Shown here one piece after another: positions 1 through 10,755 of a DNA stretch of 64,000 nt. Made by a program: the position numbers and the translations under genes. The stretch covers positions 5,208,001 to 5,272,000 of the forward strand of contig NC_043016.1 in assembly GCF_006345805.1 (NCBI RefSeq), read 5' to 3'. Below the pieces are notes generated by a model. That model was not told where the DNA came from. It worked only from the letters and a program-made list of their open reading frames with translations, and searched no databases. How positions within the stretch are numbered: position 1 is the stretch's first letter; each line of letters starts with the position of its first letter. The stretch is from Octopus sinensis (taxonomy: Eukaryota).

Positions 1-490
1 TCTATCTTTCCATATATATTCAATTTGCATCTGCTGCCTTGACTTCATCAATCATGCAGTCCAATTCCTCTTCCTCAATGGTGTCATAAGCACATTGAAG
101 AGTGGCTTTGGCAGTTTGTGATTCCAGCCTGTGTTCTTCGTTGGGATTCTCTGGATAGCAGTTAAATGCTCTTTGCACATTCTTCGTGGTTGTATTAACT
201 TTTGGTTCAACTAATACTCTTTTCTTAGACCAACGCTTCTTTGGTGGTATATTTGTTCTTTCGATTCTCAGTTTGCTGTGATGAAATGTTCGCGTAGGTC
301 GGTTACTGATTCCAAGCCGCTTTGTAATGCAGCAAATCGGCTCTTTACCATTACTCTGTACATTGACACTATACAAATTTGTTTCACTTTTTAGGATATA
401 CAATACATATGCTTGTTTTTTTCTTTGGTGTTGTACGTGCGCGCAAGCTAAGATTGATTCGTCCTGATAAAATTCTGCCTTCAGTATGGC
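1..490 (-). mobile_element. Degraded RTE-clade LINE fragment (end of AP endonuclease plus linker)
   Basis: Two frameshifted ORFs join into GRILSGRINLSLRARTTPKKK-QAYVLYILKSETNLYSVNVQ...AYDTIEEEELDCMIDEVKAADAN, resembling the post-endonuclease region of RTE ORFs; runs off the window start. Confidence 0.55.
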
Positions 491-1661
491 CACAACATAG
501 AACGTAAGAAAGTGAATGTAAGAAGTCGGAAACTGGAAATTTCAACACCAGTAGAGATGTAGGCAGATTGTGTTTCCCATAGAAGGCGGTTGGTCGTGGC
601 CTTAAATTTGTATTATACCATATGAAATCTCGATTGTGTAACTGAAATAACAGCTCCAGCACAGAGAAAAATAGTTCAGAAACTATCTCACTCATTTTGA
701 GAGCCGAAAAAAAAACGTCATTAGGATAGCTAATGAAATTGAGACGCAATATAAAATAAAAATTGAGACTTAAATGTCCCCAAGGAACAGTGGAAAATAC
801 TGCTTAACACTATAATAATTTTTTTCTAAATAGACCAGCCCAGTGAGGGGGCGAACTAAATAAAAAAAAACATAGATCATTGAAGGATTAAACCACACTA
901 AAAGTCTAGCAAGGAGTACGAGCAAATCTATAACATTTGGCTTTTAAGGTTATCTCCAAGCAATCTGCGAGCAAAGTATTTCCATTAAGAACTTAGAAAA
1001 GAAAGCAAACGTAGGATAGGCAAAATGAAACTGAAGACGTTAGCTGCATATTCACCAACTGTTTGAGAATAACATCTAGATATTACCTACTTATAAGGTA
1101 TTATTTAGTAACCAGAGAAATCTATAATAGTGTAAGATAAAACTATCAGACAATGATATATAACAGCCAATAAATATAAACGTATTAAGACTAATAAATC
1201 GAAGGAATATTAGTGGAATCTAAGAATAAACAGCTCCAGATATTGTCATTGGAGAACACAGAATTGTAACATATCAGCCGTTCACTTGACATCACTGCTG
1301 TGACAAAAATAGATGTGTAAGGACACATCTAAGACATGATGGTGGAAATTCTATAAATTTAGCATCCAAGACAAATTTTCAGCATCATACTCCATATTAT
1401 AAGAGTGGCAGCAGTTTATGCCAGTCTGCTCGTATCAAATTATGACTGCATTTGCATTCTCGGAAAAGGACCCTTGTCTCCATAATAAATACACTGCAGA
1501 TGGGACAATAAAACTCTGCAGGACCTTCTTGAAATTTAAAGGGTGAATAGTTGTTCAAATGATGACCAAAAACAGCACTTTTTCTTTTTGCATCTTTCTT
1601 TACAACCTTGGCACCGAGCAGGTGGCCGGTCAAATTAAACTTTAAGCTATAATCATGAAGG

Positions 1662-1710
<49 letters not shown>

Positions 1711-1712
1711 AT

Positions 1713-1759
<47 letters not shown>

Positions 1760-3469
1760 CGCACACACACATATATATACAGATATATAAACATACACAC
1801 ACAGACACATTCTCGTATATGTATATATGTGTGAGCAAGAGAGAGGAGAGACTATATATTCACGCTAGCACATACACATACGCGTGCGTATACATAAATA
1901 TGATATACACAATCATGCAGACACGTGCACGCGCGCACACACGTATATACATACAAGTAAAAATTCTCTTTTATTCGTTATTCCATTACTTCCAACACCT
2001 GCAAGTAACCTTTATTTTTATTTCTTCTCCCCCACAACCCCCACCCCAACCACCTCTTAAGTTCACCATCTAAAAAAATTAAATTACGTTTTTGTTGCTG
2101 TTACTTTCGTTTTTCTTCTCTCATTGCTACTTTTTTTTTGTCTCGTTATTTTTTTTTTCTCTTATCCAACAAACATTTCAAAAGAACTCGCAACAAATAG
2201 AACAACTTTGAGAAATATAACTGGAACAGTTTTGTTACGAAACATTCTTGTACAAAGAAACAGCATCGACATTTCTACATATCTTTATTTTCAATAAATG
2301 TTGAAACAACGATGGTGGCGGCCATACGGTGGCATGATGGCTTTGATCATCGAGGAAGAGCAGCCAGCCAAATTACTTTCAAATCCTTTTTTGCTGTCTT
2401 TAGGAAAACCAAGGAGGGCATGAAGGCTACCCCATATATTCTGGTGCTCGGGATGGCTTTCATCAGGTTGCAGGGAATAAATTAATGACTAAATTCTGTG
2501 GCGACATTTTGTTGACCAACGTAACAAGCAGGAGGACAGGTGAAGTTTGCGATAACCAGAGCATCGTCAGAGGACCGACCAGAGGAAGGATGAACTATGA
2601 GGGCTTCGTTCTAAGACCCATGGTCAGCGCCATAGTGCTATAAGGACACCAAGGTGAACTCAGGCAATGGTACAGGAACTGAATACGTGGCACGTCTTTA
2701 CGTCTTCCGAAAGCGCAGGTCGCATTCGTGACGATGATGATGATGATGATGATGATGAAGAAGAGGGGTTGGGGAGGAAGAAGAGGCAGAGGTAAGAGGA
2801 AGAAGAGTCAGAGGGAGGAGGAGGAGGGGAAGGAGATGAAGAGAGAGGAGGAAGAGGCAGAGGGGGATGGAAGATGAGGAAGGGGCAGAAGGTGAAGGAA
2901 GAGGCAAATAGGGATGATGAGGAGAGAGGAGGATGGGATGAAGGAGAGGCAAACGGAGGAGGAGGAGGGATGATATTGCCTACAAATGATTCTAGATACC
3001 TTACGGCTAGAATAAAAAGATGAGAAGGTTATTTCTGGATCTTCACATCGTCAGTCATGTCTTTTTTGCACACTGACAACGCAACGTCCTACACATATTC
3101 TTCTAACACTGACAAAGATATTATTCTTTTTTAGAATATATCGTTTCAAATATAAATATTGTACCCACATTAAATATCATTTTTCTAAGAAGAGTTGCGA
3201 TCCTACCCCTCTTTGATATTGGGGGTTCACAGCATCGCAATGGATACTCCTGTGTCCAATTCAAGGACACCAGCCTTAAATAGTGTTGCCAGTTTGCTTG
3301 GCCCGTAGTGGCAGTAGATCAAACAGCAAGTAAGAGGATCAATATTTCGTTATCTGGTCCCCAATAATTATTGGTATGTATGGTCAAAGCTTTTAGTTTT
3401 TGTTGAACTCAGCCAACGATAGGAACTTCTACATAGGTGGTCACTTTACCACTTAGAAGCAATAGGAAA

Positions 3470-3695
3470 TCCTTACCATCATCATCACCACTATCACCAC
3501 CACAACCACCACCATCATCATCGTTATCAACAGCAGCAGCATCGTCGTCATCAGCAGCAGATGCACCATCGTCGTTGATGTCATCGTCATCATCATAATC
3601 ATCATTATTATCATCATCATCATCATCGTCATCATCGTCATCATTATCATCATCATCATCATCACCATCATCATCATCATCGTCATCATCATCAT

Positions 3696-3727
<32 letters not shown>

Positions 3728-3780
3728 CCACTACGACCACCATCATCATCCTCCTCCTCCTCCTCATCATCATCATCATG
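3470..3780. repeat. Compound (CAT)n/(CAC)n/(CCT)n microsatellite
   Basis: Seen directly; source of the spurious poly-D and poly-M ORFs. Confidence 0.95.
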
Positions 3781-4069
3781 TTTCAACACCAGCAGCTACA
3801 AGCCTTTCCTTCCACCCAATGTGACTTTCATAATCCTGTGATCAAGTGAATAACCTGACTCAAACTGGAATTTCAATACCTAAGTGGGATTTCAACTCAG
3901 ATGGCAAAGAGCTGGAAACAAATACCACAAAGCATCTTGCATGTCAGGAATTGGAGCAAATAATGCATAACATTCTCGAGTGTCTTCAATGAATTCCACT
4001 AAACTGCAATATTCAGATATGGTTTAAAGATAACTCTCTCTCTCTCACACACACACTTTATATATATAT

Positions 4070-4341
4070 GAGAGCCAGTGCCATCTGACTGGATCCCATA
4101 CTGGTGGCATGTAAAAAGCAACATTCAAGTATGATCGATGCCAGTAATACCTGACTGGCCCTCGTGCAGGTCAGGTGGCACATAAAAAGCACCCACTACA
4201 CTCTGGGAGTGGTTGGCATTAGGAAGGGCATCCAGCTGTAGAAACCTTGCCAGATCAGATTGGAGCCTGGTACAGCCTTTTGGCTTGCCAGTCCTCAGTC
4301 CAACAAATGCCAGCAAGGATAATAGACGTTAAACGACGACG

Positions 4342-4345
<4 letters not shown>
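4070..4345 (+). mobile_element. RTE 3'-tail-derived short element ending in (GAT)n
   Basis: Shares gtaaaaagcacccactacactc..ggagtggttggcattaggaagggcatccagctgtagaaac...gacgttaaacgatgat with the 3' ends of the RTE copies at 15.2-16.2 kb and 50.0-52.7 kb. Confidence 0.8.
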
Positions 4346-4372
<27 letters not shown>

Positions 4373-4379
4373 CGACGAC

Positions 4380-4412
<33 letters not shown>

Positions 4413-4528
4413 AATGGTGATGATGATGACGATGATGATGACGATGATGATGATGATGATGATGGTGATGGTGAGAGGTTTTGGCATCCAGAAGACCCAC
4501 ATTAGACTCCATATATATATATATATAT

Positions 4529-4735
4529 GGCCCAGTGGTTAGGGCAGCGGACTTGCGGTCGGAGGATCGCGGTTTCGATTCCCAGACCGGGCGTTGTGTG
4601 TGTTTATTGAGCGAAAACACCTAAAAGCTCCACGAGGCTCCGGCAGGGGATGGTGGTGATCCCTGCTGTACTCTTTCACCACTCTAAAGGGCGGTGCTCC
4701 AGCATGGCTGCAGTCAAATGACTGAAACAAGTACA
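4529..4735 (+). mobile_element. tRNA-derived SINE (family B head joined to family A tail)
   Basis: A box tggcccagtgg and B box ggtttcgattccc; same head at 21569-21850; ends in ggcggtgctccagcatggctgcagtcaaatgactgaaacaagta like SINE A. Confidence 0.8.
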
Positions 4736-4745
4736 AAAAAAAAAA

Positions 4746-4779
<34 letters not shown>

Positions 4780-4780
<1 letters not shown>

Positions 4781-5003
4781 TTTATTACCCACAAGGGGCT
4801 AAACATAGAGGGGACAAACAAAAACAGACAACGGATTAAGTTGATTACATCGACTCCAGTGCGTAACTGGTACTTATTTAATCGACCCCGAAAGGATGAA
4901 AGGCAAAGTCGACCTCGACGGAATTTGAACTCAGAACGTAACAGCAGACGAAATACGACTACACATTTCGCCCGGCTGGCTAATGGTTTGTCAGCTCGCT
5001 GCC
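4780..5003 (-). mobile_element. tRNA-derived SINE family C
   Basis: Minus strand ggcagcgagctg...gagttcaaattcc (B box)...gcctttcatcctttcggggtcgat..aagtaccag. Further copies near 10.9-11.3, 12.3-12.5, 29.5-30.1, 35.1-35.25, 35.8-35.96, 36.6-36.85 and 37.25-37.47 kb. Confidence 0.85.
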
Positions 5004-5079
5004 CATATATATATATATATATAGGCAGCGCTCCAGCATGGCCGCAGTCAAATAAATAAACAAGTAAAAGAATAAAAGA

Positions 5080-5119
<40 letters not shown>

Positions 5120-5219
5120 ATATATATATAGGGAAAGTTTACGAAAAAAACAAAGACGAAGACATGTGGTGTGTATATTATATATATATATATATAATAT
5201 ATATAATATAACACACACA

Positions 5220-5404
5220 AAATTTATTTGCCAGTCCTGCATAAGACCATGTTACCCCAGGAAAACATCTTTCCAGCTGATTATCGACACACAATCTGTG
5301 TTTGTCGATATCCAGGTCGATAACCAGCAGGAGAAAATGTTTTCCTGGGGTTAAAAGGTAGTAACATGGTCCTATGCAGGACCTTACACTGGCAAATAGA
5401 ATTT
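5220..5404. repeat. Fold-back (MITE-like) inverted repeat
   Basis: Left arm aaatttatttgccagt-cctgcataagaccatgttac-cccaggaaaacat pairs with right arm atgttttcctgggg..gtaacatggtcctatgcagg..actggcaaatagaattt. Confidence 0.8.
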
Positions 5405-5479
5405 TACTATGCTATACCGTTATTACTTAGATTTCAATCATAGATTTAAAACTAGCTGTTTTACTCATGTATACACCAT

Positions 5480-5542
5480 AGATAACCGAAGAGATGGTGT
5501 TGTGGATTTCCACTTCGGCATCCGAAACTCAGAGTTTTATCT
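5480..5542 (+). ncRNA. Type I hammerhead ribozyme-like motif (U4C variant)
   Basis: Stem I agataa/ttatct; core CCGAAGA; stem II gatg..catc with inner gtgga/tccac hairpin; GAAA; stem III act-cag-agt; triplet GUU. Confidence 0.6.
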
Positions 5543-6947
5543 TGACTATTGAGTAATTGTAACATATTATTTTATAGATAAATTCCTCTTATTTACATAA
5601 TATGAGGCTCTCTTTCTTTCTTTTGTTATCTTACCGTTTTTATCAATATATATATATATATGGTGAACATTTTTACCATAAGAGAGATTTATTCTTCATG
5701 GTAACTGCAGTGTATTTGCCTTTTAGCAGTTGAAATATGTGACAAACATATTTCAACTTATCTAATTCTGCTTATATAGATGGACATGTGTGTGTGTGTG
5801 TGTGTGTGCGCACGCGCGCGCATGTGTGCGTATGTATAGTTCAAATTTACAGAAACCAAAAGATGAAGAGAGGTTAGGGAACAACAATCAGGTGTATTTG
5901 TTTGATGTTCAGGAAGAATGGAAAAGTCTTTGACGTTTCAAACTTATGCTCTTCAACAGAAAGGAGTAAGAGAGAAAAAAATGGAGAGGGGGGAACGAAA
6001 AAAAAACAGCGAGAAAAACGTGTAGCAATTAACAGTTCAACATGATGAAATATATATATATATAGATATATATATATATATATTATAATATATATATATA
6101 TATATATATACACATGCTAGCATGAAAGGCAGACGTTAAACAGTGATGATGATGATGATATATATGCAATATATGTTTTCCTACCTTAAATGTCAGAGGC
6201 CAATTGAAACTGAAGGGTCTTGGTCGGTCTTTCTTTCTCTTAGTTATAAAATGTTCTGTAATACCTTCAATACTCTGTCATTTTCTTACTTCATCTAGGG
6301 TAGCATTGCTTGTACAACATATTTATACAGCCCTTATTTTTCTTCACTCCCCTCAGATCTTTTAAATCCAACTCACTTTGTCCCACAACCAAGTAGTATA
6401 ATACTTCTTGGCCACACTTCTTACATTCTATCTTTTGTAGTCTCTGCAAAAGATAGAAAGTATAAAGCCACTTACACATTTAATATGACATTACTATGTC
6501 TCAGTCCCAAATGGCAGCACATTCTTACTGCACAAGCTCCATTTTCTCAAACAATTACAAATATACCCATTGACAAAAACCAACAATCTCTAAGATACCC
6601 TCTTCCACAAGATGCTACGTGTTATCTCTGAAGGTGCAATTTTATATATGACACCTTTTATTGCAAAAACCAACCCTCTGAAAATACCATCTTCTACAAG
6701 GTACTATTTTCTGCACCATGTTACTTGTTATTACACCACCATTTTCCAGTAAATGTTACCTCTCTTTTTTTTTTTTTTACAAAACAAACAGTTTAAAGTA
6801 CCGTCTTCCACAAAGTGATGGTCAAAAACTCCAATTATCGAACAGAAGATCCCTATTTGTTTGTTTGTTTGTTTGTTTCTTTTTTAACAACCAACAGACT
6901 GAAGTACCATCTTCCATAAAATGCTACTGAAATTATATAACCAACAG

Positions 6948-7359
6948 GCGCAGGAGTGGCTGTGTGGTAAGTAGCTTGCTAACCGACCACATGGTTCCGG
7001 GTTCAGTCCCACTGCGTGGCATCTTGGGCAAGTGTCTTCTGCTATAGCCTCGGGCCAACCAAAGCCTCGTGAGTGGATTTGGAAGACGGAAACTGAAAGA
7101 AGCCTGTCGTATATATGTATATATATATATGTATGTGTATGTATATGTTTGGGTGTCTGTGTTTGTCCCTCTAGCATTGCTTGACAACCGATGCTGCTGT
7201 GTTTACGTCCCCGTCACTTAGCGGTTCGGCAAAAGAGACTGATAGAATAAGTACTGGGCTTACAAAGAATAAGTTCCGGGGTCGATTTGCTCGACTAAAG
7301 GCGGTGCTCCAGCATGGCCGCAGTCAAATGACTGAAACAAGTAAAAGAGTAAAAGAGTA
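6948..7359 (+). mobile_element. Full-length tRNA-derived SINE family A
   Basis: A box tggctgtgtgg, B box gggttcagtccc, central cttgggcaagtgtc motif, internal (TA/TG)n, tail ...cagtcaaatgactgaaacaagtaaaagagtaaaagag. Confidence 0.85.
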
Positions 7360-7383
7360 ACAGTTTTAAACTACTTTTAAAGC

Positions 7384-7549
7384 AACATCTTTATTCAAAG
7401 TCAAAAGTCTGAAGGTGCCATCTTCCAAAAGATCATCATCATCATCATCGTTTAACATTCACCCTGCTAGCATGGAAAGCGGACGTTAAACGATGATGAT
7501 GATGATGATCTTTTGGAAGATGGCACCTTCAGACTTTGACTTAGATGTT
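7384..7549. repeat. Near-perfect hairpin with about 58-bp arms
   Basis: 7398-7456 is the reverse complement of 7485-7542 with one indel; the loop holds the gctagc centre of two back-to-back RTE tail ends. Confidence 0.9.
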
Positions 7550-7659
7550 ACTGTAATTTCTTCTCAACATAAATTCTTCATGCCTGAATTTACACTCTTC
7601 AATTCATGTTTAGCTTTTATCTGGAAAAACAAAAAAAAAGTGCATTAACCATCACTACC

Positions 7660-7690
<31 letters not shown>

Positions 7691-8684
7691 GTTCCATTTA
7701 TTAATCTTTATTTTGTTCTAACCCAAATCATCTCTGTCTCGAAACAGAACATAATAATTCACTGCTGTTAACCATTCCTGTCAGTAATTCCACAATACTT
7801 TTAGTCTCTCTCTCTAAATGGAGCAAAGCTAATCCATCAAATGAGAACAGGTGTGGGGCAGGGGAGTTGTGGGGGAGGAGAGGAGGTAAAGGAGAAAGTT
7901 TGTGTACACAACTAGAAATCATTAACAAATATTGACAGATACACACAAAAAAGAATTTATCTGCTGGCAAGAAGAAAAAAAAACAACAGCAAAAACAAAA
8001 ACAACAAAACGAACAAGATCAATAACAAAACGTCGCAAAAAAACATCCAACAAAAACTACAAGATAAATCAAAACAAAAAAAAGAAAAACATGGTTAATA
8101 TTGATAGAAAATGGACAAAAAGAAACAACCAAATAAGGATAACCAAATGAGTCAAGAAGAAATATAATGAAGAGAATGATAGAGAGAGAGAGGGTGAGCT
8201 AAAGTGAGAGAGAGAGAGAGAGAGGGAGTAAGATAAAGGAAGAGAGAGAGAGAGAGATGACTTTGATTTAATTAATATGAAATAAGTTTACATCTGTGCC
8301 AACATAACTGTTTCACATCTTCATAGATACGGAGGTGCTCATTTGGAATGAAAAAAACATCAACAACAACAACATGATGACCCAAAAAAATATCGGCAAC
8401 AACAAATAATAATGATTAAAAAAAAAAAGGCAAACAAACAATGAAACAAAACATAACAACAACAACAATCATCAGTATGACTCCCACCGCTGCCATCTCC
8501 GATGCGTGCCATGGCGCCACCGACTGCAAACTTCCTCGGTTATTAAGAACCACTTATATTTCATCAACTTACATTTTCTTCGACATCCAATTATCATCAC
8601 TTACTTCATCTTAAATCATCATTTAGGATGACATTAGTAGTTTCTCTTTGAAATTAAACCATTCCCATAAATTCAAGAAGACTT

Positions 8685-8705
8685 TTCATCATCACCACCA
8701 CCACT

Positions 8706-8744
<39 letters not shown>

Positions 8745-8811
8745 GTCATCATCGTCATCATCATCATCATCATCATCATCATCGTCGTCATCATCATCAT
8801 TATCATCATCG

Positions 8812-8871
<60 letters not shown>

Positions 8872-8872
8872 C
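8685..8872. repeat. (CAT)n microsatellite, followed by (GTT)n/(CTT)n at 9105-9247
   Basis: Seen directly; source of the poly-H, poly-D, poly-K and poly-L ORFs. Confidence 0.95.
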
Positions 8873-9218
8873 TAACATCATCAATGTCGTTGTCGTTATT
8901 ATCATTATTATTGTGGTTGTTGTTGTTATTTCTGCAGTTTATGTTTGTTACAGTTAGTGTTGTTGTAAATGACGATGATGATGATGACAATGGTGATGAT
9001 AACGATGATAATGATGATGATCAGGATGAGGATGGTGGGGGGAGTGTGCTGTTCTTGTAGTTCTTGTGACCAGAGAAGACTTTTCAATTATCATTATTAC
9101 TGCAGTTAATGACGTTGTTGTTGCTGTTGTTGTTGTTGTTGTTGTTGTTGCTGTTGTTGTTGCTGTTGTTGTTGTTGTTGTTGTTGTTCTTTTTCTTCTT
9201 CTTCTTCTTCTTCTTCTT

Positions 9219-9249
<31 letters not shown>

Positions 9250-9549
9250 AGGTAGTGGTTGTTGTTGATGTTATGATTGCTGTTGCTGTTATAATCATCG
9301 ATGTGGTGGGGTGAAAGAAGACTTTTAGAGATTAACAAACCAATAAATTTGTTTGTAGTTACCATGAAATGAAAAAAATAAGCACGTTCAAGATACGTTT
9401 GTGTCTATGGTGTCTCTATACGTCATTATGATATTGCTTGGTGGGTAATGCTAAATATAACAACAAACAATTCCACCAATGTTAGTGAGATTAGTCAAAA
9501 CTCTTTATAGTAGTGTCTGTCATCTCTTCTATCATTAACATAACAGCTT

Positions 9550-10340
9550 CTGACCATCAAAAGCAAACTCAGACATCACAACAACCACTGACCATCAGAG
9601 AAACCACTGACCACCAAAGCAATCACTGGCCATCAAAAGAAGACTCTGGTCGTCACAACATTCACTGACCATTAAAAAACCTCCAGCCATCAAAATCCTC
9701 TGACCATCATAAAATTTCTAAGTATCAAAATAACATCAGGTCATTACAACCACTGACCATCAAAAAAACCTTTGACCATCATAACAACCACTGACCATCA
9801 CAACAACCACTGACCATCACAACAAACACTGACCATCACAACAACCACTGACCATCACAACAACCAATGACCATCACAACAAACACTGACCATCACAACA
9901 ACCACTGACCATCACAACAACCAATGACCATCACAACAAACACTGACCATCACAACAACCAATGATCATCAATGGCCACCAAAAGAAAACGCTGGCCTCA
10001 CAACATCCACTGACCATTGCAGCAACCACTGACCATTAAAAAACCGCCAACCATAAAAAAGCCTCTGACCATCAAAAAACTTCTAAGCATCGAAATAACA
10101 TCAAGTCATTACAACCACTGACCATCAAAAAAAGCTTTGACCATCACAACAACCACTGACCTGCTGATAATACAACAACACTTGCAGTGAACACAGGCAC
10201 ATCAACCATCTAAACAACACCCTCTGACATGCCATTATCAAAACAACCACTGACCTACAATTACAACAACCATTGACAGACCAATAACACCATGACAACC
10301 ACTCGTGTACCATTGCTATACCCTGAAATACAATTACCAT
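9550..10340. repeat. 20-bp minisatellite (accactgaccatcacaacaa) with decayed flanks
   Basis: Near-perfect units at 9781-9965; the block at 9660-9800 recurs at about 10030-10160. Confidence 0.9.
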
Positions 10341-10614
10341 AACAAGAGCTAGTCTACCATTACTACAACATTGCCTACCATTACTACAACAACCACTACC
10401 CTACAATTACCACAACAAATTCCTGACATACTACTACTACTACTACAACCATTGGCATTTCACTAATACCACAACAACCACCAACATGCCATTACCTCGA
10501 CAACCAGACATACGGTTACCATAATAATTACCCAGGACCATCCAGAAGTACAACGATCGCTACTTTTATTTAATGGTTTAGCAAATCCATATTAAATTCA
10601 TGAGGTTCATAAGA

Positions 10615-10755
10615 AACTGTGTTATTTATAATTTTGCTATTCACTACTAAACTTGATAAGCTATAGAAAACTATATAGAAAACTTGATAAGCTATATAGA
10701 CTTCTATAGCTTATCAAGTTTAGTTGTGAATAGCAAAATCATAAATAGCACAGTT
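10615..10755. repeat. Fold-back inverted repeat with about 55-bp arms
   Basis: aactgtgttatttataattttgctattcactactaaacttgataagctatagaa versus ttctatagcttatcaagtttagttgtgaatagcaaaatcataaatagcacagtt. Confidence 0.85.

Noticed and set aside
930-1080. Possible L1/Tx1 C-terminal zinc knuckle (ETEDVSCIFTNC)
   Set aside because: Lacks the His and leading Cys pair and has multiple stops; not distinguishable from chance by eye.
1397-1650. Cys-containing ORF end (EFYCPICSVF..ECKCSH)
   Set aside because: Start lies in a TA repeat, no recognisable domain, no convincing splice acceptor.
9781-9965. Regular 20-bp repeats resembling a CRISPR array
   Set aside because: Head-to-tail units with no unique spacers, no cas genes, eukaryotic context.
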